Assembly: GCA_016938065.1 (NCBI GenBank)
Contig: JAFGVI010000086.1
Span: 2,155-66,154, forward strand
Source: Deltaproteobacteria bacterium
GTDB lineage: Bacteria > Desulfobacterota > Anaeroferrophillalia > Anaeroferrophillales > Tharpellaceae
Direction of reading: 5' to 3'
Length of the DNA: 64,000 nucleotides
The notes beneath the pieces were generated by a model. That model made no database searches. It saw only the letters and a list, made by a program, of their open reading frames with translations, and was not told where the DNA came from. The position numbers were made by a program, and so were the translations under genes. Below, one piece after another: positions 1 through 8,771 of the stretch. Numbering within the stretch: the stretch's first letter is position 1; the number at the start of each line of letters is the position of its first letter.

Positions 1-2
1 CT

Positions 3-299
3 CTGACCGCGACTAAAATCCTGGCTACTGCCTGGGAGAAAGGGGCCGCTAAAGGTCTGGCCCAGAAAGAGAGTATTTTTGATGAGGCAATTGAGAAGAT
101 GTGGGTTGAACAGTGGCTCTTTTTTGCCAACTCGACCCGCTTTGCGAGTGCTATGGGCGGTGCTGACTATGGTGTTTTTGCCGACGGGCGCTGGTACTTA
201 AGCAAAAATATTCAGGAGATGGCCGATCTTTTAGAACTCAAACTGGCTCTCGGCCAAGATAAAGCTGCAGCCGAGAAAAAACCTGCAGCGAAAAAGTAA
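3..299 (+). CDS. C-terminal fragment of a protein whose gene starts upstream of the window (family not recognised; Ala/Lys-rich tail)
   Basis: The frame is open from the window edge (phase from nt 3) to TAA at 297-299. The tracked 66-aa ORF is only its last in-frame Met. A hairpin terminator follows. Confidence 0.5.
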   Translation: MTATKILATAWEKGAAKGLAQKESIFDEAIEKMWVEQWLFFANSTRFASAMGGADYGVFADGRWYLSKNIQEMADLLELKLALGQDKAAAEKKPAAKK

Positions 300-326
300 G
301 CTGAATAGTTACTCTGAATAATCTTA

Positions 327-371
327 AAAGCCCAGGAGAAACAGGGTTATCTCTCCTGGGCTTTGCTTTTT
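327..371. terminator. Bidirectional rho-independent terminator between convergent genes
   Basis: GCCCAGGAGA (330-339) pairs with TCTCCTGGGC (352-361). It is flanked by an A-run and a T-run, so it reads as stem plus U-tract on both strands. Confidence 0.7.
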
Positions 372-379
372 ATAGCCTC

Positions 380-1060
380 TTAGTTATCGTTTTCCAGCAA
401 ATAAGTTGAGGAGCGGTGGCGAATGACGTCTCCTTCGACCATATAAATAACGTCCTCACAGATATTGGTCGCGAGATCGGCAATTCTTTCGAGATGGCGG
501 GAGGCCGAAAGCAGGTGCAGACCTCGTTTGATGGTAGATGGACTTTCCTGCATCAGACGGGTAAGCGAGTCGTACATTTTGCGGTTGGCAGCATCAATAA
601 TGTCGTCCCTGACAATCACCTCGCGCGCCAGCCCGGTATCCTGATTGGTCAGAGCATCAAGCGCGGCGCGCAGCATGTCCATCACCCCGGTCGCCATTTC
701 CGGGAAATCGAGGGTAACTGCGAGCATCTCATGTTTGGCCAGGTAAATCGCGCGTTCCGCAATATTGACCGCCAGATCACCGACACGTTCGAGGTCGTTA
801 TTGACCTTGAGCGCGGTGATAACAAAACGCAGATCATTGGCCATGGGCTGATGCAGAGCCAGCAACTTCAGACACTCCTCTTCGATGCGAACCTCTCTAT
901 CATTGATCATATTATCTTCACCGATTACCTCGTGAGCAAGCTCTTCGCGCCGTTCAACCAGAGCAACCAGGGCTTTGTCGGTCGCATTTTCAACCATCGC
1001 GGCAATCCCCAGCAACTCTTTTTTGAGGTTATCAAGTTCATTCTGCAGGTGTTTTGACAT
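380..1060 (-). CDS. phoU: Phosphate signalling complex protein PhoU
   Basis: 226 aa with the two-repeat PhoU architecture (DxxxD-type helices, ...NNDLERVGDLAVNIAE... and ...SRHLERIADLATNICE...). It lies directly downstream of phoR. Confidence 0.95.
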   Translation of the reverse strand: MSKHLQNELDNLKKELLGIAAMVENATDKALVALVERREELAHEVIGEDNMINDREVRIEEECLKLLALHQPMANDLRFVITALKVNNDLERVGDLAVNIAERAIYLAKHEMLAVTLDFPEMATGVMDMLRAALDALTNQDTGLAREVIVRDDIIDAANRKMYDSLTRLMQESPSTIKRGLHLLSASRHLERIADLATNICEDVIYMVEGDVIRHRSSTYLLENDN

Positions 1061-1094
1061 CTCCTCTACCTCTATTTCCGACTAAATTAACAAT

Positions 1095-2909
1095 TCAAAT
1101 CTCGGCTGAATCAGGCTTGACTTTTGTCATGGGCAGATAAATCCGAAAAGTACTGCCGCTGCCCGGTAAACTGTCAACTTCGATCCTCCCCTTGTGGGCC
1201 AGGACAATATGACGGACAATGGCAAGACCCAGGCCCGTACCGCCGAGCTCCCGCGAACGGGCTTTGTCAACCCGATAAAAACGTTCGAAAATTCTTGCTT
1301 TATCGTCCGGCTCTATGCCGATACCGGTATCTTCAACCTCAATTACCGCCTCACCGTTCGCCTCTCTCAAACGCAACCAGATATGCCCTCCGTCCGGGGT
1401 ATATTTAATCGCATTATCGAGCAGATTGGTTACCGCCTGATCCAGCGACTCCTCATCACTGAGAATTTCGATCTCCGTTTGCGGTCTGCTGATTTCTATC
1501 TGAAGATTTTTTTCTTCGGCCATGGGCAGCAGACTCAGGTAGGAATTCTCAATCGTACGACCCAGGTTCACCGGAACTTTAACGGACCAATCGTCCTGCA
1601 GTTCGAAGCGGGAGAGGGCCATCAAATCGATTATCAGAGCCGTCAGACGCAGCGACTGGTTATTGATCTTCTTTAAAAATGAGAGTTGAATTTCGGCAGG
1701 CATCCTGCCGAAATCTTCAATCAAGGTCTCGACCAGAGCCCGAATGGCGGTGATCGGGGTTTTCAACTCGTGCGAGGCGTTGGTCACAAAATCGCGGCGC
1801 ACCGTTTCCAAATGCCTGAGTTCGGAGACATCAAGCAAAACCACCATGGCACCGACCACGCGGTTGGCGCTGTCTTTCAGCGGTACCGCGTGCATCTCAA
1901 TTATCCGCTCTCTCAGACCAAACGAGATCTTCATGCTCCTCTTGACTTCGTCGGCCGCGCGACTGGCATCAGCCAGAATCCGGTTGAGTTCCTGCAGGCG
2001 CGTAATCTCCCAGATCGGCTTACCCAAACTCCTGCCGGGCTCCGTGCCCAGCAATGAAGCTGCGGCCACATTGATGTGAATTACCTTTTCCTCCCGATCA
2101 ACCGCAATCACACCTTCGCTCATCGCCGCGAAGATGGCGTTTAGTTTGCTGCGATCAAGATTGATCGTCGCAATCCGCTGCTGTGATTTTTCGGCCATCA
2201 GATTGAAGGTTTTGGCAAGATGTCCGATTTCATCCTGACGTTTCAAGTGCAGACGCCGGCTGAAATCACCCGCCGCCATGGCCTCCGCCATGGACGTCAT
2301 GTAGAGAAGAGGCCGAATAAAGTGTTGGGCGAGAAAGAAAGCAAAGAGCAGGGTTAAAAGGGCCACCACTGCAATCGCGAGCATGATGATCATGCGACTC
2401 TCAGCGATGCGCTGATCAATAACCGTCAAAGGCAGAGAAACCCGGGCATAGGCCTTAAGGCGCTGATGCAAACGCACGGCCTGGGCCAGATACATCATCT
2501 GCGTCTTGACCGTATCACTGAAACGGGTACTCACCCCGTAGGCGTAGAGTAGCGCCGCTTTCACTTCGGGACGATTGCTGTGGTTATCCATCTCGGCGGG
2601 ATTATTTTCAGAGTCGGCGAGAACCTTGCCCGTGGGGTCGATAATGGTCAGTCGGGTTGCCGTCTTCTGCCCGAGTTCCCTGATCTCTTGCTGCAGTTGA
2701 ATGTAGTTGTCTGGGCTGAGCTGCTGCGCGGCGAGCTCGCATAACAGTGTAGCTCTGACCTGCAGGTTCTCCTGCACTTCCTCCAGCGTTTTCCGCTTGA
2801 TCAAAGCCCCGGTCAACCCTCCTACAATAACTGCCGAACATAAAATAATGATGACAAAGATTGAGTATATTTTCCAAAGCAGGGGAGATTTAAAAAAGTT
2901 CGTTTTCAT
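1095..2909 (-). CDS. phoR: Phosphate-regulon sensor histidine kinase (PhoR-type: TM-HAMP-PAS-HisKA-HATPase)
   Basis: Has an N-terminal TM segment, the H-box FVTNASHELKTPIT, the N-box LLDNAIKYT and the G-box GTGLGLAIV. It overlaps phoB by 4 nt and is followed by phoU. Confidence 0.85.
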   Translation of the reverse strand: MKTNFFKSPLLWKIYSIFVIIILCSAVIVGGLTGALIKRKTLEEVQENLQVRATLLCELAAQQLSPDNYIQLQQEIRELGQKTATRLTIIDPTGKVLADSENNPAEMDNHSNRPEVKAALLYAYGVSTRFSDTVKTQMMYLAQAVRLHQRLKAYARVSLPLTVIDQRIAESRMIIMLAIAVVALLTLLFAFFLAQHFIRPLLYMTSMAEAMAAGDFSRRLHLKRQDEIGHLAKTFNLMAEKSQQRIATINLDRSKLNAIFAAMSEGVIAVDREEKVIHINVAAASLLGTEPGRSLGKPIWEITRLQELNRILADASRAADEVKRSMKISFGLRERIIEMHAVPLKDSANRVVGAMVVLLDVSELRHLETVRRDFVTNASHELKTPITAIRALVETLIEDFGRMPAEIQLSFLKKINNQSLRLTALIIDLMALSRFELQDDWSVKVPVNLGRTIENSYLSLLPMAEEKNLQIEISRPQTEIEILSDEESLDQAVTNLLDNAIKYTPDGGHIWLRLREANGEAVIEVEDTGIGIEPDDKARIFERFYRVDKARSRELGGTGLGLAIVRHIVLAHKGRIEVDSLPGSGSTFRIYLPMTKVKPDSAEI

Positions 2910-3607
2910 GGCTCGTCACGCTCTTTGAAACGATAACCGATACCACGGATAGTTTCGATCAGGTTGCGATACGGTCCCAGTTTTTTGCGGACCGCCTGAA
3001 TATGAACATCAATATTACGGTCGACGATGAAGTTGTCCTCTCCCATAATCCGACTTATAAGATGATCTCTGGTAAAAACCCAGCCCGGATGATGCGCCAG
3101 AAAGTGCAGCAGCTTAAATTCGGTTGCAGTCATGGCAACCGGCTCATCATCCACCCAGACCTGATGACGGCCGACATCAATCGTAACCCCTGCATACTCG
3201 ATCCGCACGCTGCTTTTTTTCTCACTTAACGGCTCCCGGCGCCGCAGCACCGCATTTACGCGAGCCAGCATTTCGCGGGTACTGAAGGGTTTGGTGATGT
3301 AATCATCGGCGCCGAGCTCAAGACCTGAGACTATATCGCTCTCTTCCCCCCGGGCCGAGACCATGATAATCGGTATCGAACAGGTCAGCTCATCGGCTTT
3401 CAGCAGCTTGCAGATTTGCAGACCATCAAGACCGGGCAGCATAAGATCGAGCAATACCAGATCCGGTTTTTTGGCCTGAATCAGCTCCAGACCCTGTTTA
3501 CCGTTCCGGGCACTGAACACCCGATATCCATCTCTTTCCAGATTGTAAACCATAACCTCACGGATATCGGCCTCATCCTCAACCACGGCTATCTGTTCTT
3601 TTTTCAT
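2906..3607 (-). CDS. phoB: Phosphate-regulon response regulator (OmpR/PhoB family)
   Basis: Has a receiver domain (DLVLLDLMLPGLDG) plus a winged-helix domain (IETIRGIGYRF). It is translationally coupled to phoR. Confidence 0.9.
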   Translation of the reverse strand: MKKEQIAVVEDEADIREVMVYNLERDGYRVFSARNGKQGLELIQAKKPDLVLLDLMLPGLDGLQICKLLKADELTCSIPIIMVSARGEESDIVSGLELGADDYITKPFSTREMLARVNAVLRRREPLSEKKSSVRIEYAGVTIDVGRHQVWVDDEPVAMTATEFKLLHFLAHHPGWVFTRDHLISRIMGEDNFIVDRNIDVHIQAVRKKLGPYRNLIETIRGIGYRFKERDEP

Positions 3608-3747
3608 AATCGTCGATCCTTGACTCGATTACAGCGTTATTGTTGGCGGACTCGAATTCTTACTGTTTTAGAATTTTATCGCAGCATTGTAAAGATAAGA
3701 TAAAGGTGATAGATATGCTCTGACGAGCTTGCCTTTCTCTCATACAA

Positions 3748-4689
3748 TTGCAGATTAAAAATTTATCGCGGCACGACATGCATAACCATTGCTCAATTAA
3801 AAATATAGCGGCCTTGAACCGCGATGCGGAAAAGCGGGTTGTCTACCTGGGCCTGGTTATCAACCTGATTCTCATTATCGCCAAGCTGGCGGGCGGCCTT
3901 TTGGTCTCTTCCCTCGCCCTGATTGCCGACGGCATTCACTCCCTTACCGACCTGATTACCGATCTGATCGTGCTCTGGGGCCTCAAACTGGCTTCGCGAC
4001 CGGCCGACCACGATCATCCTTTCGGTCACGGCAAACTTGAAACCCTGGCTTCGCTGATCGTCGCCGTTATTCTGCTGGTCGTGGCTCTCGGGATTATAAA
4101 AGAAGCCTTCTCCTGTCTCAACCAGGGCGCGCCACTACCTGTAGATTATCGCTGGGTTCTTACTATAGCTCTGTTTTCGGTATTTTTGAAAGAGTATACC
4201 TACCAGAAAACAATCTCTCTGGCCCGACGCCTGCATAGTCCGGCTCTCGAAGCTAACGCCTGGCATCATCGCTCGGATGCACTCTCTTCTCTGGTTGTTA
4301 TTGGCGGGGCAATCGCCAGCTGGCTGGGTTGGATTGCGGCTGATCTGGCGGCGGGCCTGGTGGTTGGCGGGATGATAGCTTTGGTCGCTTTAAAAATCGG
4401 CTATCAAGGCCTCGAGGAGCTGGTGGAAAAGGCCGTTTCCCCGCAAATTCAGCTGGAGATTGAAACTACCCTGAACCAGTTCACCGAAATTCTGGCCTGG
4501 CATCAGCTGCGTACCCGCAGGGTCGGGCGTGGAGTATTTCTTGACGTCAACATCATGGTTCCCGGCGAGATGAGTGTCGCCACCAGTCACGCAATTGCTG
4601 ACCGTCTGGAAGAATTTATCAAACACAGACTTCCATATCTGCTCAACATTATAATTCATATTGAGCCTTTCACCGCCGGATCTGATTAA
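3748..4689 (+). CDS. Cation diffusion facilitator (CDF) family metal efflux transporter
   Basis: Has six predicted TM helices, the HSLTDLITD and HDHPFGHGKLE motifs, and a C-terminal cytoplasmic domain. The start is uncertain: TTG at 3748 or ATG at 3778. Confidence 0.85.
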   Translation: MQIKNLSRHDMHNHCSIKNIAALNRDAEKRVVYLGLVINLILIIAKLAGGLLVSSLALIADGIHSLTDLITDLIVLWGLKLASRPADHDHPFGHGKLETLASLIVAVILLVVALGIIKEAFSCLNQGAPLPVDYRWVLTIALFSVFLKEYTYQKTISLARRLHSPALEANAWHHRSDALSSLVVIGGAIASWLGWIAADLAAGLVVGGMIALVALKIGYQGLEELVEKAVSPQIQLEIETTLNQFTEILAWHQLRTRRVGRGVFLDVNIMVPGEMSVATSHAIADRLEEFIKHRLPYLLNIIIHIEPFTAGSD

Positions 4690-4707
4690 AGCCCGTCATC
4701 CTTAAAT

Positions 4708-5673
4708 TTGCTTTCCGACATATTTTCCATGACTGAATATCACCCGCCCCTTTTTTTCCGTAATGGCCATCGCCAATCAATTTACCCGACCATTTTTCGC
4801 CAAGTTAAAGGGGTTGATTACCTCCGCGAGACCATTTCGACGCCTGATGACGACTTTCTTGATCTCGACTGGGTCTATGGCAGCTCTGATAAACTTGTTA
4901 TTATCTCACATGGTTTGGAAGGTAACTCGACCAGAGCTTATGTCAAGGGAATGGTTAAAGCGGTGACCGATGCCGGGTTTGCGGCCCTGGCCTGGAATTT
5001 TCGCGGGTGCGGAGGGGCTATTAACCGCCAGCCGAAACTCTATCACAGCGGTTTTTATGAAGATCTTGAAACCGTCATTGAACATGTCTTTAAAAAATAT
5101 CAATACCGGGAGGTAAATCTGGTGGGGTTCAGTATGGGCGGCAATGTCTCCTTGGTCTACCTGGGAAAAAAAGGCAGTTCAATTGACCCCCGCCTGAAAA
5201 AGTGTGTCGCATTTTCGGTGCCCTGTGATCTTAAAGCGAGCAGTGAGCAGATTGCCAGACCCGGCAACCAGGTCTATATGCAAAGGTTCTTACGCCTTTT
5301 GCGGCAAAAGATAAAAGCCAAACAAGCTGACTTTCCCGAACTTTTTGATGATAAAAATTATGAGCAGCTAAAGAATTTCCTCGACTTTGATAACCGCTAT
5401 ACGGCCCCGCTGCATGGCTTTATTGATGCCTTTGACTACTGGAAGCAGTGCAGCTCCAAGCAGTTTCTCAATAACATTCAGATTCCAACCCTGCTGATCA
5501 ACGCCCTTGACGACCCTTTTCTGGCTGAAGCCTGCTACCCTTTCTCCGAATGCGCGGCCAACCCCAATCTCAGCCTGGAGACGCCTCGCCACGGCGGCCA
5601 TGTCGGCTTTGTCACATTTAATCGCAATAATTTATACTGGTCGGAAAAGCGCTGTCTTCAATTTGTGATGTAA
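4708..5673 (+). CDS. Alpha/beta-fold hydrolase (YheT/ABHD1-3-like)
   Basis: Has the nucleophile elbow GFSMGGN, and the N-terminal FRNGHRQSIYPT and C-terminal HGGHVGF motifs typical of the YheT family. The start is TTG at 4708 or ATG at 4729. Confidence 0.8.
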   Translation: MLSDIFSMTEYHPPLFFRNGHRQSIYPTIFRQVKGVDYLRETISTPDDDFLDLDWVYGSSDKLVIISHGLEGNSTRAYVKGMVKAVTDAGFAALAWNFRGCGGAINRQPKLYHSGFYEDLETVIEHVFKKYQYREVNLVGFSMGGNVSLVYLGKKGSSIDPRLKKCVAFSVPCDLKASSEQIARPGNQVYMQRFLRLLRQKIKAKQADFPELFDDKNYEQLKNFLDFDNRYTAPLHGFIDAFDYWKQCSSKQFLNNIQIPTLLINALDDPFLAEACYPFSECAANPNLSLETPRHGGHVGFVTFNRNNLYWSEKRCLQFVM

Positions 5674-5709
5674 TGATCAAAGGCAGATTTCCGGTATAAT
5701 AAGGCCGCA

Positions 5710-6288
5710 TTATACAAGCAGAAAAACCCCGTAGGAGAAGAAAAGCAGAAGAAAAACCGCGATAGCGCAGCGCAGCGGGGTAACCTGCTGAGTAACCCGA
5801 AACATCTGGAAAAGTCCAACCCCCAGCGAGAGCAGGGAGTAGACTGCAAGCGGCAGATAAAGACCGCTCAAAGGCAGAAGATGTTCGGGATCACCTTCAG
5901 GCAGAACGCTCTTGGCCGCCAGATAGGGCAGCGCCGGCAGTGCCAGCGGCAGCAAAAAAGCCGAGGTCCGATAGAGTAGCGCCAGAAGTCCAGGCCCCCC
6001 CACACCGCGGGCCATCAGCCAGACAAGCAGGGTCACACCACCATGAAAAAAGAGGCTGATCAGAATACCGGCAATAATATTTCCTCCGAAAAGTATGGTG
6101 GAGGAGATTTGCTCTACTGCATAACCATGAATAGCCACCCCTGCAGTTTTCTGAAATAAAGCGACCAGATATCCGTAAAAAGACCCTGTCGCAATGAGCA
6201 GTAACGGCATCCATAAAGGCGAGATTGACGGGCCGCTGGCGTAACGATATGGACTATCCCGAAGTAAAAATAGATCAGCAAGAAGCAT
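5710..6288 (-). CDS. Polytopic membrane protein, Yip1-domain-like
   Basis: 192 aa with about five hydrophobic helices and no enzymatic motif. The Yip1 assignment rests on overall pattern only. Confidence 0.5.
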   Translation of the reverse strand: MLLADLFLLRDSPYRYASGPSISPLWMPLLLIATGSFYGYLVALFQKTAGVAIHGYAVEQISSTILFGGNIIAGILISLFFHGGVTLLVWLMARGVGGPGLLALLYRTSAFLLPLALPALPYLAAKSVLPEGDPEHLLPLSGLYLPLAVYSLLSLGVGLFQMFRVTQQVTPLRCAIAVFLLLFFSYGVFLLV

Positions 6289-6353
6289 AGATTGAGACCT
6301 GATTTCTGGTTGATTAACCTGAAAAGTTATGGCTGTTCAAGTTCGGTAAAATG

Positions 6354-6391
6354 AAAAGACAAGGGGGATTTCCATCCCCCTTGTCTTTTTT
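6354..6391. terminator. Strong hairpin terminator downstream of the symporter operon
   Basis: A 12-bp stem, GACAAGGGGGAT (6358-6369) with ATCCCCCTTGTC (6374-6385), and a 4-nt loop. T-runs lie on both strands. Confidence 0.75.
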
Positions 6392-6414
6392 AAACCATCA
6401 TACAAAGAGCTGCT

Positions 6415-8160
6415 CTAGACCGGCATTGCCGACCAGATCATAAAGCCTAAGGCAATAAGAGCGCAACAGATTGCAAAAGTGTTGCTGGAGTAGCGCGCTG
6501 TACTATAGTCGCTCCAACCGTGAATCTTGTCAACCACGCGCAGGATCTCTTCATCCTTCTCACCACCGGTAATCAGACTGACAACAATCGTCACAAACCA
6601 GGCGGCGGAAGCACTGAAGATACCGCCCATCAGGTAACCCAGGGGGCCCATGTTGATGAAGGTCATGCCGAAAAGTTTGCCTTTGGTCCACCACAAAGTG
6701 ATAGAAAGAATCGCACCGACGATCATCCCCAGGTTAGCCCCGATCTTGTTGGCCCCTTTCCACCAGATACCAAGAATCAAAACCGGGGTAAAGGTAGAAG
6801 CGGCAACGACGAAGGCCCAGATAACACTGGTCAGCAAAAACTGCGGCGGATTCAAGGCCAGAAAGATGGTAGCGATACCACCGATAGCAGTGAAGGTCAG
6901 ACCCATCTTCATCTTCTTGCTGTCGGAGGCGTTCGGATTAATTGTCGTATAGATGTCATGCCCGATACCGGTACCGATAACCATCAGGAGACCGGCAATA
7001 GTCGAAAGACCGGCAGCCATGGCTCCGGCGATCGGCAGAGCGCCAATCCAGGCAGGGGTAAAGGCCTGACTCATGACCACAACGAGAAGGTCAGCATCTT
7101 TGGGATTGATGGTCAAACCCTGGGCTCCAACAATTTCCTGAACCGTGTAGAGTTTGGCGGCAAAGCCGATGGCAAAGGTGGTCAGGAAGACGGCACCGAT
7201 GAACACGATGGCCCACAGCGTAGCCTTTTTACCTTCACGCACGGAAGGGGCCGTAAAGTAACGCATGGCAACATGGGGCAGACCGATGGTACCGAAACTC
7301 AAACTCAGAAAAATCGCAGTGTAATACTTGAAACTCAACGGAATTTTACCCATCACGGTTGTGAATGGATCAAAATAGGTCGGCAGCTCAGCCAACATGG
7401 TCGGAACCAGCTTGGCATACCCGAAAGGCGGAAAAAGACTGCCGGGTCCGGCATTAAGCTTGAACAGAATCATAATCGTCGGAAAAATCAGAGCAAACTG
7501 CAGAATGATACTCTGCAGAGTCTGATTGTAGGAGAGGCCATACATGCCACCAATCGTAACATATGCGGTAACAACGAGGCCGCCGACAATCAGACCGGTA
7601 GTATAGTTCCAGTGGAACATGACCTGAAAGATGTTACCAACCCCTTTCATCTGCCCGATAAGATAGAGCTGAGCCAGCAGAATCATACAGAGAACCGCAA
7701 TAATCTTGGCTGCGACACCATAACGCTCGCCGATGAACTGCATACTGGTAAACTTACCCCAGCGCCGCAGACTCGGGGCCACTGAAATCGAAACCATAAC
7801 GAAGCCGCCCATCCAGGCCATAACAAAGGCGACCAGAAGGTACTGGAGTTTCCAGATCAGTGCGGTAAACCCGAGAAAGGTCGCCAGACTGAGAAAGTTG
7901 GAGGTCATCGCCAGACCGTTGGAAAGTGCGCCGATACCCCGGCCGGCCGTATAGTAATCGTCCGAGGATGTGGTTTTCTTCTGCGAGATATAACCGACAT
8001 AAAGAAAGGCCACAACCATGGCGATAGTATAGAGCAGACCAAAAGTGGAAATTGATTTGGTCGGCTGGAACTCATACATTTTTTTGGCCGCCTCTTCGGC
8101 TGCCAGAACCAGAGCCGGTGAACAGAGCAAGCCCAGAACTGCAAGAATCAGACGTCTCAT
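6415..8160 (-). CDS. Sodium:solute symporter family transporter (cation/acetate ActP-like, VC_2705-type large subunit)
   Basis: 581 aa with more than 12 TM helices of SSF-type composition. It is preceded by, and overlaps, a DUF4212-type small subunit gene. The N-terminus looks like a signal peptide. Confidence 0.85.
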   Translation of the reverse strand: MRRLILAVLGLLCSPALVLAAEEAAKKMYEFQPTKSISTFGLLYTIAMVVAFLYVGYISQKKTTSSDDYYTAGRGIGALSNGLAMTSNFLSLATFLGFTALIWKLQYLLVAFVMAWMGGFVMVSISVAPSLRRWGKFTSMQFIGERYGVAAKIIAVLCMILLAQLYLIGQMKGVGNIFQVMFHWNYTTGLIVGGLVVTAYVTIGGMYGLSYNQTLQSIILQFALIFPTIMILFKLNAGPGSLFPPFGYAKLVPTMLAELPTYFDPFTTVMGKIPLSFKYYTAIFLSLSFGTIGLPHVAMRYFTAPSVREGKKATLWAIVFIGAVFLTTFAIGFAAKLYTVQEIVGAQGLTINPKDADLLVVVMSQAFTPAWIGALPIAGAMAAGLSTIAGLLMVIGTGIGHDIYTTINPNASDSKKMKMGLTFTAIGGIATIFLALNPPQFLLTSVIWAFVVAASTFTPVLILGIWWKGANKIGANLGMIVGAILSITLWWTKGKLFGMTFINMGPLGYLMGGIFSASAAWFVTIVVSLITGGEKDEEILRVVDKIHGWSDYSTARYSSNTFAICCALIALGFMIWSAMPV

Positions 8161-8399
8161 TTGTCACCTCTCTCAATTTCACGGTCAATATTTTCACTGA
8201 CATTCATATAGAACCAGTAAAAGGGAATCAGCACTACCCAGCCCAAGAACATCGCCAGAAAATAGTGGGTCGGAAAACCCATGATAAACCCTTTGGTCAG
8301 GCCCGGAAACATATAGAACAGCGGGTAGATATTGGTCAGGAAGATCACTATCAAGAAACTGATCAACGAAAACCAGCACTCCTTTTTATAAGCACCCAT
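8157..8399 (-). CDS. Small membrane subunit of the solute:sodium symporter (DUF4212-like)
   Basis: 80 aa with two TM helices. Preceded by the RBS GAGGAGG before ATG at 8399. It overlaps the symporter gene by 4 nt, and this pairing is characteristic of the family. Confidence 0.7.
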   Translation of the reverse strand: MGAYKKECWFSLISFLIVIFLTNIYPLFYMFPGLTKGFIMGFPTHYFLAMFLGWVVLIPFYWFYMNVSENIDREIERGDK

Positions 8400-8699
8400 C
8401 GACTTTTTCCTCCTCAAAACAGTCAATTAAACAAATTACTCTGCATGGAACCCGGCTTCGCACCAGAACAGGCAGTTACAGCTTCTTAAGAAATAAAATA
8501 ATATTTCGTACCGTTTCCGCAATAGCCGCCAGCGCCGTGTTCGGCCAGCCTCATTCGCAAAGTCCACTTCAGGCCGAGCTTTAAAGCCCGCCCCACACAC
8601 TTTCAAAATCTTAACCAAACCTTGAATTACTCCTTTTTTCTCTCCAGCCTGTAAAGTCCCTCCCTTCCTTGTAAATAAAAGTTAACTAACCCCGAAACT

Positions 8700-8735
8700 C
8701 TAAAACAAGGGGAGACGGGCGGACCATCTCCCTCA
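8700..8735 (-). terminator. Putative terminator after the first acyl-CoA synthetase gene
   Basis: On the - strand, GGGAGA and TCTCCC form a stem (8710-8715 with 8727-8732), followed by CTTGTTTTAG. Confidence 0.45.
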
Positions 8736-8771
8736 TAAATCAATCCCTTAACACGCAACCGCCTCACATTA

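Noticed and set aside
416-1057. 213-aa ORF on the + strand covering the whole phoU locus
   Set aside because: It is antisense to an unmistakable PhoU sequence. It has no RBS and no recognisable motifs. Long antisense ORFs are common in GC-biased coding DNA.
3608-3747. Search for Pho boxes (CTGTCAT-N4-CTGTCAT-like direct repeats) upstream of phoB
   Set aside because: No convincing tandem 7-bp repeats at 11-bp spacing were found. Only a weak TTTACA-17-TAAAAC promoter-like pair is present on the - strand.
6520-7785. 421-aa ORF on the + strand inside the symporter gene
   Set aside because: Its composition is skewed to Gly/Arg/His/Asp/Asn/Gln and is typical of the antisense strand of a membrane-protein gene. 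The opposite strand encodes a coherent 13-TM SSF transporter.
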